Origin: Callorhinchus milii | Lineage: Eukaryota | Assembly (NCBI RefSeq): GCF_018977255.1 | Contig: NW_024704752.1 | Span: 14,198,001 to 14,262,000, forward strand | Length of the DNA: 64,000 nt | Reading direction: 5' to 3' | Shown: piece by piece, positions 40,828 through 53,644 of the stretch | Layout of the letters: each line of letters begins with the position of its first letter | Numbering within the stretch: position 1 is the stretch's first letter | The notes under the pieces: generated by a model | What the model saw: the letters and a program-made list of their open reading frames with translations, nothing else | Told to the model about the DNA's origin: nothing | Database searches by the model: none | Position numbers and translations under genes: made by a program

Positions 40828-41070
40828 GCAACAACAACAACTTGCATTTGTATACCGCCCTTCACACGAGGTAGCATCCCTGAGCACTTGACAGTGGCGG
40901 AGTTGAATCCAAACTGGGGGAGAAGGAGACGGAGGTGTCCGTAGGCACGATCAAAAAGGAAGATCTTTAGGTGGGATTTGAAGATGGGGAGGAAGGGGGC
41001 AAGGTGGAGGAATTGAGGGAGAGAGTTCCAGAGTTTATGCGCATAGTGGTTGGAGGCACGGCCACCGCTG
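40828..41070 (-). mobile_element. L2 3' fragment
   Basis: (AAC)n tail and GAGTTCCAGAG/CCACCG motifs shared with the other L2 copies. Confidence 0.7.
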
Positions 41071-42769
41071 ATTATTTAAATTATCGAAATTATTTAAATC
41101 ATTTATTTATTTGAAGGCAACTGATACTTGCAAAAGGAGGATGAAAAGAGCTTGATGGAGCATTTGGGAAAGGACAAAGAATCTTGTGACACGTCTTCTA
41201 AAGGAAAAGTTTTTCTTGTGTGTTCTATCAAAAAATTTGTAGGACGTTCCCATGTTGTGTGGAAGATCATAAACAAGGTGTATTCAATTCCAACAGTATT
41301 GTTTTATAGGCTTGCCGGGTGAGGGAGAGTTTATTAAAATCAGATGACATTTCATCCACATTATGTAAGCAATAAACTTAGTTTACACACTGTGGGCTTT
41401 GATACAATTCAAATCTGGTGAAGAATCAACCAATTATTCTCTGCCTCTTTAGACGAAACCTAATCTTGCCAATGTTTAGTTAATATTGATGGTACAAGCA
41501 GGTTTGTTCACTGATAACCTAGATGTAACTGTTTTGCAATTTTAAAAATTACACACAATGAAATGACTTGTTTGAATATATCTTCCATGGTTAAATAGAT
41601 TGTCACAGCTTAGTTATCACGATTTAATACAAAATAATTATACTATCATAAACTTCCCCTGAAAATTATTGATACAATTGGGAATTTCTGGGGTCATGAT
41701 TTGGTACTCCTATAGACCCCTTCCTTCCTAAAATAAAGTTCTGCACTATTCAGTCACACGTTATACTTCATTAAAATAAATCCCCCCCAAAGTACTTCTG
41801 TGGTCGGAACTTCTAAATTATGTAAATGACTCTGGAGAACTTCCTCAATTCCACACTGTAACAGTCGTGTCTTGTTACAGATGTTGTGATGAAGGTCAGA
41901 AACTCCCCTGACACATGAATTCAATTAACAGTGCATTTTTTAGGGCAGCTTTACTTTTTTTTTCATTTCTTTCACTTTTACCCCAGGGCACCAGTCAATC
42001 AATTCTCAAAGTCACCTTGCAGAAATCAGTAGGGAACCCAGCCACATTTTGCTGCATTAAACAACTGTCTGAAAACCTTGGGAGATTAAGTCAGAGGTGA
42101 ATCTTTGATCATCTGTAAATGAACTGACCTTAACAGGCAAAGTGTATCTTAAAATTAAATTCATCAACGTTTGAAGAATGACCACTTTGATGTCCAACTC
42201 ATCCCCTTAATGTTGTTGATCAACTACAAGAGTGAAAAGCAAAGTCGCAGTCAAAAAGAAATACAAACTCTATATAAAAAAACTTAATCGTTCTCTGATC
42301 ATGTTATGTGATTGCATTAAAGCAGGAGATTCCAGATTCCAAGATCTTGTGTAATGTGATTGAGCAATCAATCACACTGCAACTTGTCCTCAAAATTTAG
42401 TTTCCGCTTTGTTGTAAAAATTCTATGCATTGGGTATGTCATTCATTTTCATGATTAAATAGATTTGTTTTTATAACAAATTATTTTGTAACTAATTAAT
42501 TGCATCAATAAGAACATGTTTAACATTGTAGGCAGCGATAAATTATAATGTTACATTTTGCGAGTTTGATTGAGGCAGTATATGTTTGTCTATATATAAT
42601 ATTTATAAATTTCACCTAAAATATAAACGCTAACCTGTATTTGTTTTTTTAAAAAAAACATTGTCTGAATTCACCTATAGATATAAGAAATAAAGTTAAA
42701 AAAAAACATACAGCTGTAATACCAGAGAGGAAAAAAATACAAAGAGGAAGTTAAACAAACTCTCATAGC

Positions 42770-42870
42770 TGGTGTATTTCCACTGGGTGTATTTCCTTTG
42801 TTGCACACCTTTCCATGACCTAACTTATGTCAATGGGAATTTCCTGATCAGTCAGGTACAGTATATATAC
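42770..42870 (+). promoter_or_regulatory. Proximal promoter of gene D: NF-kB GGGAATTTCC 42835-42844, TTATGTCAA (bZIP-like), TATATATA at about 42862
   Basis: Perfect kB site about 20 bp upstream of the TATA; duplicated GGTGTATTTCC at 42771 and 42786. Confidence 0.65.
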
Positions 42871-42950
42871 ACACACATATCAATGCTCAAAATCACACAA
42901 CTCCTCAGCTAAAGATTGAGAATCATTCCTGGAGAGAAAAAAGTGATACA

Positions 42951-44650
42951 ATGACTGCTCTGAGGAACCTCGCAGTGTCTCTTTTGCTCTCACTGATGAT
43001 GCTGAACATGCTCAATAGCCCAGTAACAGCATGTAAGTCTCAATCTGTTATATTCTGTTCTCAGTTATTCCGTTCATTTTTGTGAAGCATTATGTTGAAT
43101 TCTATAATGTGTGCACCTGTTCATTGTATTTACTGTAGATTTTTTTTTTCGATTGCAGCTTCCATTGTAGATTGCTGTCTTGGTTACATAAAAGGGAGGG
43201 TACCAATGAAACATATCGCTGGCTATGTGGAACAAAATTCCAATGAAATGTGTGACATTGATGCCATTATGTAAGTGCAAATTTGTACATTTGTATAAGC
43301 GCCTTTCACATCAGTAAGACATCATCTCACAGAGCTGACTGTGTACAATATAGTACAGTACAAGACTCTGAGACATCAGACAGAGCGACTGGAAAATAAT
43401 TACTTTAATAATATAATAATAATACTTGCATTTGGTATAGCGCCCAATCATGTTTTCGAGATGTTTTCACAGAATATACTGTAAAGTGAATTGACTGTAT
43501 ATGTTGTGGGCGATGTATATTGTATATTTGTGGGTGATGTTCTTTCGATAACTTATTTAAACATTGTTTCACAGACTCCAGACTTTTGGAGGACTGCAAT
43601 ACTGCACCAATCCCAAACGCACCTGGGTGAAAATTGTATTGAGACGGCTGAGGTAAACTCCAAATTCTGCCACATATTGTAAAATTGCTGTTAAGATATG
43701 CAGGATAATGGAGCAGCTTTTGATTTAAAAATTTTAAGCTTAGAAAGTCGCAATTAGTTAAAACTTATCTTATAAGAATTTCATTTTTTACACAGTTCAA
43801 AATTGATTCAAATGTTTCTAAATTCTGCATCAATATTTTACATGCCTTTTCATGCTAAGAAAGAAAGGTACTGTGATGACTTGCAGAAACTGCAGCTTAT
43901 AGCGGAAAGGAACATTTTTCTTACACTCATCTGTAGAATAACCGTTAAAAATCTATCAGGTAAAAACATAAGCCTTCTGGGGAAGGTTAGAAAAGTTCTG
44001 TCATTCTAAATGGCACAAATCGTTGAAGAAAACAGCTTCTGCTGAATGATTCCTGGGTTAAGTCCAGCACATGAAAGAGTTTGAGACAAACTAGAATTAG
44101 CAGTGCACCAAATAAATAGCACTGGATGAGCAACAGAACTTGTTTGTACATAGGAGATGAACAGCATACATAGGAACATCGAAATTAGGAGCAGGAGTAG
44201 GCCATTTGGCCCCTCGAGCCTGCCCCGCCATTCAATAAGATCATGGTTGATCTTCTAACCTATCTTCTCATTCCATCTGCCCACCTTATCCCCATATCCC
44301 TTAGTCCCTCTAACATTTAGTTGTCGATCAAATTCCTCTTCATCCAAAACTTGCTCTTTCCAGGGCTTCCTCGCCTTGATGTTGTGAAACTTTTTTTTAA
44401 CGTTCTAATGCAGACAAATGTCTAACTCTTAGCAAAAGTTATTTATAAAAAAGAAACAGATTTAAAGTCATCATATTTAACTTTAAATGTGACCGCAAGT
44501 AACTGCGAGAGAATGTTTGTGAAGGTTTAGAATACTATCAAATTAAAAGTTTTGCTTTTTGCAAGTTGAGATGATTTTAAGCTTACCCATTCTTTTTTTT
44601 TCTTTTTGTTTTACAGCAAAAGACTGAAGGAAATGTCGAATCAGAGCTAA
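42951..44650 (+). CDS. CCL20: CC chemokine, CCL20-like (gene D), 4 exons: 42951-43032, 43159-43270, 43575-43652, 44617-44650; 101 aa
   Basis: MTALRNLAVSLLLSLMMLNMLNSPVTA-SSIVDCCLGYIKGRVPMKHIAGYVEQNSNEMCDIDAII-LQTFGGLQYCTNPKRTWVKIVLRRLS-KRLKEMSNQS*. DCCLGY and the C-terminal LSKRLKEM are CCL20-like. AATAAA at 44899. Confidence 0.93.
44168..44312 (-). mobile_element. CR1 3'UTR fragment in intron 3 of gene D
   Basis: TAGGAGCAGGAGTAGGCCATT..CGAGCCTGCCCC is shared with 11159-11280. Confidence 0.8.
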
Positions 44651-45999
44651 ATTGCTTTGCCAATTTTAAACTATTTCTGTTAAGAGCTTTACTTTTAGAA
44701 AAAAAGCATCCCTGCATAGCATCTATGTAACAATGTATTGCTTAATTGCTTGAAGGCAGTATAAGCCATTAATAGTTATTCACATTGTGAATATATTGTA
44801 AATGTTCAGCTGAACATGATCGTATTGTTTTTTTACATTTGTTGATTCATAATATTGAGTTGTTTTCAATGCTTTTTCATGGTATCACTGTCTGTTACAA
44901 TAAAGCGTATGATAAGATTAATAAGTTTCGTATTATGGTGTGTTCTTTTTCAACAAACAGCACTTTGTAAATGTAATTGATGATTTTGATGTCTCTGGAT
45001 CAAGATAAAGAGCCTTGAGGGCCATGTTAATGACTAAGAAGAAAGTACTTTGACGGTAGCAGATTAACCTCCTACCTCAGTGGCATAGCTTTCCACTCCT
45101 GGAATAAACACTAGTCACAAGTCGAATGTTCTTAATCAGTTTAATGCAATCCCAAGGGGGAAAAAAAATTGGTCACTCAATCCATGATTGTTTGTGCTAC
45201 ACTGCTGTGCACAATTGGCTGCCGCGTTTCACCCACAAAATATACAGTCAATTCACTTTACAGTGTATTCCGTGAATTCTAGTTTCAAAATTTGCTCTTA
45301 TAAAGTTGATTCAAAAGCAAGCAGTTATCTTTCTCGTGGTGAAGCCTGGTATGGAATTGCCACATTTAAAACTTACAGCAACTTTCATTACTTCCAATAA
45401 CAATGTGCAATGTTGTCTCGAAGATGTGATATGGCGCTATATCAAATGCAAGGATTATTTTATTATTACTATATATAATGACAGAATCCCAGTTACAGTA
45501 ATCCTTGTTCAAGGGATTTAGCTGATACATGGGAATGGATAGTGGCCAACTTCTCCTGGGTGTGCTTTATAAATATTACTGCTCCTGCATCATTTGTAAA
45601 CTCCTAAAACATGGGAGGGAAATGGTAATTTTGTATAAACCACTGAATAGCTGAAGCCAGAAACAAGAGATTTTCATTTACAAAACATAACCATTAGGAC
45701 AGTTAGATAAACAAGCCAAAGGATAGGAAAGCTTAAAATTTGCTCCCGAAATAAAAAAATGAATTGGTGCCACCACAGTAAAGCTTTCTGCTCAGTCTCT
45801 TCAGTCCAGTAGCAGGTTTAACCAACAGTAGAAACACCAGGAAGGTTCATTGCAGAATTATTACATTCCTTTCTAGTGATATCACTCAGCCCAGCGATCC
45901 CCAAGTCAACATTGCTGCATATAAATACGTCAGAAACGACATGGCTCATCAGGAATCATTTCTGTACTGAAGAAATCACTAAAAGCAATCAATGGTATA

Positions 46000-46863
46000 A
46001 TGACTGCTCTCAGCAGCCTCAAGGTGCCTGTTTGGCTCTCACTCTTGGTGCTGACCATGCTCAACAGCCAGTGTCAGCATGTAAGTCTTAATCAGTTGAT
46101 CACTTAGTTCCGTATTATTTAGACCTCATACTAATCCACTTGAAACAATAAAGCAGCAGCTTCAAAATGTTTAACATACATTTTCCATTGCAGCACTGCG
46201 AGGAGATAGCTGTCTCAACTACGCAAAGAGGAAGTTGCCATTTAGATTAAACGCTGGCTATGTGATACAATAGTCCAATTATATCTGCGACACAGATGCA
46301 ATCGCGTAAGCCCGAGCACACAGTTACGTTATATCTTTGCAAATATTTATGCTGCAAGTGCAATGCAAACATTGCCCTTTCTGATGTTTGTGTCTGTGGC
46401 TGTAACTGAGAAAAAATAGAAAAAAATATGCAGCAGGTCTGTGATCGTTCTTTATTCACTTTTGTTATAAGTCAAATTAGTGTCTGTATGCAATCAGATT
46501 GTTTCACTGCCTTGTTTGACTTATTGCCTCCAGAGGCAGTCCTCAGGCTCATCAATTTCAATCACAGTGCAACCTTTTTATAGAGGGATATTGTCCACCT
46601 GAACAAAATAGACTTGTTTTTTTATTAGCATTATCACATTTCCAGATTTAATGTCGGTAGCAATTTGGGCTGTACATGTAACATGTTGTAGAAGAGATTA
46701 TCCATAAATTATTCAGAACAACTGGAAAGTCATTAGTTTTGATAATGTTCCTTTAAATTAGGAAATCCATATCAATGTTTCTTCAGATTCGTGCAGTTAA
46801 AGGAAATGAAATATGTGCAAATCCTAAGGCCAAATGGGTGAAAAGAAGACTGAAATACCCCTG
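46000..46863 (+). pseudogene. CCL20-like pseudogene (psi-E): exon remnants 46000-46080, 46194-46305, 46787-46863
   Basis: Exon 1 is homologous to gene D but 81 nt instead of 82 (frameshift). Exon 2 reads LRGDSCLNYAKRKLPFRLNAGYVIQ*SNYICDTDAI, with first Cys->Ser and a TAG at 46271-46273. Exon 3 (..AVKGNEICANPKAKWVKRRLKY) is 77 nt instead of 78. Exon 4 was not confidently found. Confidence 0.88.
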
Positions 46864-46949
46864 GTAAGTGCATTCATTGGTGTCACCATTAAACCATAGA
46901 AATAGAGTATGTGAATGGAAGAATAAGTCAATGGGTTTGAGTTTTCAGC

Positions 46950-49530
46950 AAAATACTGCACAGTAAATCCGAATGCAAAAACTGAGAGAGCTGGGAAAAC
47001 TCCGCAGATCAGGCAGCATCTATGGAGAAAGTAAGTCAACGTTTCGGGTCCACGACCCTTTGTCAGAACTGAGGCATGTTGGGAGGGAGAGGTTTTCAAG
47101 GACAAATTGAGAGGGGGAGACAGGACAAGTCAGACAAAGAAGCCAAAAATAAGACAAAGGAGAGAATGTGTTGGTTGATGGGCTAAAGGGGGTGGGGGGG
47201 GGGGGGGGGGGTGTAAAGCAAAAAGGTGGGGTGGGTTGAAACGAAACTGGGGAGAAGAGGTGTTAATAGTGCAGAATAAGCAACACACCAGAGAGAGAAA
47301 AAAATGAGCTGTTATGGTCTTAAGTGGCTGAAATCGATATTGAGGCCAGAGGCCTGTAGGGTCCCGAGCAGACAGATAAGATGCTGATCCTCAAGCTCTC
47401 TCTGTGGATCATTGCAACAGTGTAGGAGACCATGGATGGAGAGGTCAGACTGTGAATGGGAGTGTGAGTTAAAATGGCAGAGACCGGAAGATCAGGGTTG
47501 ACCTTGCATATAGAAAGGAGGTGTTCTGCAAATCGGTCACCCAATCTGTGCTCAGTCTCCCCAATATAGAGGAGATCAGACCGTGATCAGCGGATACAGT
47601 ATACTACATTGGTGGTTGTACGCTGTCTTACATGGAAGCTGTGTTTGGGGCCTTGGATAGTCTGGGAGGAGGTGAAAGAGCAGGTATTACATCTCCTGCA
47701 CTGGCATGGGAAGGTGCCAGAGAACGGAGAGCAGCTGGTAGTGCTGACGGTGGAATGAACTAAGGAATCCCGGAGGGAACGATCCCTTCAGAATGTAGAA
47801 AGGGGAAGGAAATATGTGTTTGGTGGTTGAGTCACACTGGAGGTGCCGGAAATGTCGGAGAATGATGTGCTGAATACTGAGGCTGGTGGGCTGGTAGGTG
47901 AGGACTAAGGGGACCCTATCACAGTTCTGGAATGGAGGGGAAGGGGTGAGGGCAGAGGTGCTGGAAATAGGGCGGACACAGTCAAGGGCCTTGGCTATTA
48001 CTGTCGATGGGAATCCTCAGTCGAGGTAAAATGAGGACATCTCGGTTGCTCTGGTGTGGAAGGTTGCATTGTCAGAGCAGATGCGGTGGAGGCAGAGGAA
48101 CTGGGAAAATGGGATGGCATCTTTGCAGGAGGCTGGGTGGGATGAGGCGTAATCAAGGTAGCTGTGAGAGTTGGTGGGCTTATAGAAAATGTCTGTGGAT
48201 AGTCTGTTACCTGACGTGGAGATAGTGAAGTCGAGGAAGGGAAGGGAAGAGTCAGTCATGGTCCATATGAATTTTATTGAGGGGTGGAAGGCGGAAGCAA
48301 AATTTATAAATGCTTCTAACTCACTGCGAAAGCAGGAAGTGGCCCGGCACAGTCATTGATGTACCCGACGAACAGGTCAGGGAGCGGACCTGAGTAGGAC
48401 TGAAACAAGGAGTGTTCCAGGTGGCCAACAAACAGGCTGGGACTCATGCGGGTTCCCATAGTGACACATTTTATTTGAAGGAAGTGGTTGGAATTGAATG
48501 TGAAGTTGTTCAATGTCAGAACAAGTTCAGCCAGGCGGGCAGAGGAACGTGGTGGTGGATGGAGACTAGTTTTGCCGTTGATCAAGGTGGAACCGGAGGG
48601 CCTGGAAGCCATCCTTGTGGAGGATGGAGGTGTAAGGGGCTGAATGTCCATTGTGAAGAGGAGACGTTCAGGACCAGGGAACCGGAAATTGTCAAAGTGG
48701 CGGAAGGCCTCCGAGGAGTCACGGATATAGGTGGGTAGGGATTGGATGAGGGGAGCAAAAATGGAGTCCAGATAAGACAAGATTAATTCGGTGGGACAGG
48801 TTCAGGCTGAGACAATGTGTCTACCAGGACAGTCCTGTTTGTAGATTTTGGGGAGGAGGTACAGGCTGGGTGGCTATGAGGTTGGATGCTGAAGGAAGGA
48901 AGGTCACCAGAGGAGATGAGGTCATTGACTACCTCGGTGATGGTGGCTTGGTGTTGAGCTGTGGGGTCATGGTCAAGGGGAAGGTAAGAGGAGTTGTCAG
49001 TGGCCTCTGCCAGGTAGAGGTCCTTTCGCCAGAGCACGGAGGCGGAGGCAGCGGAAGAAGACCTCAGCATCATGCCGGGATCGAAATTCATTGAGATAGG
49101 GGCGTAAGGGGGTAAAGCTCAGGCCTTTACTGAGGACGGATCGTTCGGGATCAGAAAGTGGGAGGTCAGAGGGGATGGTGAAGATACAGCAGGGAGTGGG
49201 ATTGGCGGGGAGGGATGGGGTCAGGAGAAGGCAAAGTGGGGGAGGGTTCAGGAGGTGGGTTGGCACCCAACAGTCACCTGGGGTTTGTGATCCTTGCCAT
49301 CTAAAAGAAAAAGGAACAGTTTTTTTTGATGAGGCGCCGAATGAGGCAATGGATGAAATAGAGTTGAGGACGAGGGCAGTTCTGAGACAAAGTGTGTCGG
49401 TGCTGCTGAAGGGAAAGGTCAAGTGTATGCATGTGACGTCACGTGCTGGAGAGAGTGGATCTCATGAGGCAATGAGAGCAGTGATCAGAAGAGCGTTGCG
49501 TTTCGCGGAGGTATCTGTGGTCCTGGGTGG
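46950..49530 (-). mobile_element. Penelope-like retroelement (RT plus GIY-YIG endonuclease), decayed by frameshifts
   Basis: Minus-strand peptides: SVLSKGLSFTP, YIRDSS, LLFTMDI, LVLTLNNFTFN..LQIKCVTMGTRMSP, LPFLD..LSTDIFYKPTNSHSYLDYASSHP..KDAIPFSQF..RICS, and LLYIGETEHRLGDRFAEH (GIY-YIG). Confidence 0.92.
47035..47070 (-). ncRNA. Degenerate minimal hammerhead ribozyme motif in the Penelope terminal repeat
   Basis: Minus strand CTGACAA-A-GGGTC-GTG-GACCC-GAAACGTTGAC. The core CUGANGA has G8->A; stem II and GAAAC are intact. Confidence 0.55.
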
Positions 49531-52500
49531 AATTGTTTTACAACCCCCCCCCCCACCCCCCTTTCGTTTTACGCCACTGTCACCTGTTTAACACATCAAC
49601 TAACCCATTCTCTGCTCTGGAATATTGATCCATTGTCCCCCAGAAGTTTGAGAGATCCCACTGTTTTCAATAGGAAGTTGCGTTTTGCTGCTCCCTCGCC
49701 CATAGATATTAATCCAAATAGTCCAACTGTTCAGAAGAGCTAACTGAGCATAAACTGGTAATCAGCATACGGCCGCATTTGTCTTTATCCACCATGTATG
49801 AGGGGAGCAGGAACCACAAATCACACTGAGCATAAATACATAAATGATACATAAGACCAAACATCATAAGGCAACCTTCCCTGAATCGTATAACAACAAC
49901 AGAAATAGTCACAAGTTTAGTCATTTTTTTTGTGTGTGAATAACTGCGGAATGGCTGCTTCACTTTTAAGCTGGTGAGATGATTCGAAACTAACCTTTTC
50001 TTCTTTTCATTTTGCATCACAGCAAAAGATTGTCCAAAATGTCTCATGAAGATTGAGCTGCTTTTGTCAGCATAATGAATGCATCTACATCCTCTCTGCC
50101 TAGCATTCATGCACCAATGTATAGATAGTGACAATATAGGCCTTAGCAATTCCCTACAATCTGCTGAATGAGTTACAACGTTCAACTGAATCTATTTGAT
50201 AGAATTATGTTAACTGTTTATAATTATGTTAACATTTATAATTTATTATACATCACAAAGTTTATTTTCTGTATATCAGTTAATGCTTTATTATGGCAAC
50301 AGCCTCTGATCCGTTAAAAGAGTAAAATCTTGTTCCTGCTCTGTTGGTCAAACCTATCCTTAATGTACATGACATGCATAATTCCTAAGTCTAATGTATA
50401 ACAATGATGTAACTATATAAAATTATGTAAATAAATATAACAATTGGCTGCCGCGTTTTGCCCACAAATATACAGTCAATTCATTTTACAATATATTCTG
50501 TGAAGCGCTTTGAGACATCTAGAAGACGTGAAAAGTGCTACATTAAATGCAAGGATTATTATTATTATAATAATAATCCTTGCATTTGAGATGTTGAGAC
50601 ATCTCAAAGTGCTTCACAGGATACACTGTAAAATTATATCACTGTGTGTGGGCGATTGCAGCAGCCAATTTGCACAAAGCTATGTCCCACAGCTGTGGAG
50701 CAAGTGACTAATTTTATTTATAGATCAGTTGTTTCAAATCAGAGGGCTGTACACCGGCCAAACTTCAAGATTTTCTTTTGAAGCAATCACATATAATGAA
50801 GAAATAAAAACTTTTCAAATGATTATAGGCGATCATACCAAATTAGATTGTTCATCTTCAGGTGTAGTTTTTTTCTGAAAGCATATCAAATTCAAATAGG
50901 AAAGTTACTGAGTCCCTTTATCTTTAAGAAAATTCAAATGGAAATGTATCACATTTCACTTCCTGCATCATATATTATTTCCCTTTTGTGGAGGTTTGCA
51001 ATTTGACTTGGGTTCAATGCTTGAAATAACCACTTTGCTCACAAAATTAACCTATTTATACCATGCATTGTAAAAGCCTCAGTTACCGAGACTGGTCCCA
51101 CCTGTCTGCAGCACGTCCTGTAGCACACTGTAACCCCTCGATGTGGTTTCTCTTTACTTAATCCTTGCTCCAACCCAATGGAATAGTGGTCCCCTGGTCT
51201 TATCCACCATTTCTCTACTAGTTTACTCACCAGATTGATTTGGATGAAGGAGCCCTTCAGCCCATCTGATCTCAACCCTCCAGAATACCCATCAAATGTC
51301 TTCTAACACAGCATCACGTTGCTTTTTAAATGAGTCCAGTGTCCTAGCCTTAACCTCCCTTCCTGGCAATCTGTTCCAGTCATTCATGTAAATGAAACCA
51401 TTTTGCTTCACTGTTTAATGTAAAAGTACAGTTTCGATCTGTGTCCAAAGCACATATTGGACTGCTGTTGATGGTATGGATTTATTATAGCATCAGAAGG
51501 GACACCAGAAAACTGCTGAGAGAGCAAGTGAACTTGTTACAGGAGAAGTAATCTGGCAATAAACTAGTAGTAGGCAAGCATGAAAATCTGATTCAATATT
51601 GAATTGAATGGCAAGACACACAACAACAACAACAACAACTTACATTTATATAGCGCCCTTCATGTGGGACAGCATCCTGGAGCTACCCCGTGTCTCACAC
51701 ACGATATTAAATGACTGGAGATATAAGCCACTCTGTTAAATGGCTGTTAAGTACAATGGGCACACTATGTATGATGTTATGCACCTGGCATTGTGCCCAG
51801 CAACTTTCCAAAGTGATCAGAGATCAGACACGGAATTGAGCTACGAGATGAGAATAAAGAGGGACGAGAAAGGAATGAGGAAAGTAAAGAGGAATCAAGG
51901 AGCTCAGCAAGACGGTCAAAGTCTGGCCCAAGGTGAATTTAAAAAAATCAGAGAGCAAATGAAAGGGTAGGAAAACCCCTTAAATTTTAGGAGGTCATAG
52001 GTGCTGTGATGTAAATAACATAAAATGCAGCGGTTGGGTAAAAAAGGAAGTATCTAATTAAAGAAGCAGGTGATCTAAATGGAAGTTTTCTGTTTCAGTC
52101 AGCCAAACATTCCGATTAGCTAATCCGATTAGCTAGTTCACAAAGTAAACAAGAGTCAAATTCTTTGAATGCACTCCTTGGGCAACGAGCAATTTGTGCA
52201 ATCGGGTCTATCCTTGTACCAATTATAGCACTGGGGTTAACTTTTAGGGGTGAGATCTTCAAATCCATATTCACACAATACAAACAATCACGTTCTTTTA
52301 TTCATTTTAACTGTTCAACATCTTTCTTTTATTTAAAAGTGCTCTTTTGTAGTGGATTTCCAGACATCTCCACGTGACCATTTCCAGATGTTTTAAATAG
52401 TAAAGTATTGGACCACCAAAAGGCTGCGGCACTCTGCTCTAGGTCGACATACAGTACTGGGGGAACTATGCATTGTTGGAATCGCTATCCTTCAGCTGAG

Positions 52501-52930
52501 CCTTTAAAATGAGGCCCTGTCTGACTGTTCAGGTAAAGATCCCATGATATAAATGCCCGTTTCAATGCAGTGTTAAAGTGCTAAATCAATTGCAAGGATT
52601 ATTATAATTATTTTTTTTTTACAGACACCACACTTCAGCATTCACTTTAATAAAGCGCCTTATATTATCACTGCAGAAACATGTGTTCTGTTTTTCTTCT
52701 TCCTTAGCAGAGATGTAGCACGTAGCAGAGGAGAGTGCCCTCGTTAAATTAAATCTCCCGCACGATAGAATGAGTTAGACATGTATGTGGTAAATTGACA
52801 GTGTAATGCAAATTCATTTAAATCTCTACTCTATAAATAACAAAGGTCCAACATTATTTTATTCATCTGAGCAATCACCAATGACTCTGTAGCAAAGAAT
52901 AGGCGATTCCGTAAAGAAAACCTGGGTTAC

Positions 52931-53644
52931 TGTGGTTAGCTTTTTAAACTGGTTCTTTCACTTGATAATCAGATAAAATGAAAGGTTATTAATAAGAGAG
53001 ACATCAGGGCATGCAAACCGGGTAACCCACAAGCGCACCCAAAACTGTGAATAAATACGTGTGTAACCATGTAAATGTACAAGATGTAAACATCCCAAAG
53101 ATCCCAAAGATGTATGTATGTCTGCCTGCCCCCTCCCATAAAAGGAGGAGTGGCAGGGAGTGAGGTAAAAGCTCACCGTCCCGTAAAATGACGGCAGAGA
53201 AGGGGCTGGCCCGCCTGTGTAACTGCTCCCTGTAGAAAAGGGGAACAGAACCCCGGCAGGAATGCCACGGTACAGGTGGGACTGGCCAGGTATATAGCGT
53301 ATGTGTATGTGCTTGTCAGGTCTCCGGGTGTGTGTTTGGGTAAACGTGTACGTACATCGGGACGCCGTCCGAAAGCGGCAAGTGCGGCTTATCAGGGCGT
53401 ACACAAGGATGTAGTGCACACAGGGGCGATTCCCGACTGTCTTAAAGGAAGCATCCCAAAGAAATGTGTGCACATCCCATAGGATGTGAACCATAGATTG
53501 CTGTGAACCTGCCCACACTCCCCACTAAGAGGGGATGGATAAGGAGGGGTGTACAAGGCCCCATTTGTAACTGCACCCGGCAAAGGGAGTGCGCAGAGGC
53601 AACTTCCCAACACCCCCCACCCCCCCACGTTTGTCATAGTAACA
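52931..53644. mobile_element. Possible solo LTR (about 714 bp) nested in an unclassified repeat
   Basis: GC/CpG-richer block beginning TGT and ending ACA, with flanks GTTAC/GTTAA. Both flanks align with a contiguous stretch of the 38636-38900 repeat. Confidence 0.45.

Noticed and set aside
43845-43900. FHAKKERYCDD peptide resembling a chemokine exon 3
   Set aside because: No AG acceptor and no P..WV motif; the true exon 3 of gene D is 43575-43652.
46194-46305. Possible single-cysteine (XC/CX-type) chemokine, because of GDSC in place of DCC
   Set aside because: The same exon has an in-frame stop and the neighbouring exons are frameshifted, so it is a pseudogene.
52708-52747. Pyrimidine tract plus AG and a short frame as a possible displaced exon 4 of psi-E
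   Set aside because: The peptide (RDVARSRGECPR*) does not resemble the KRLKEM/KRLEQM last exons; unsupported.
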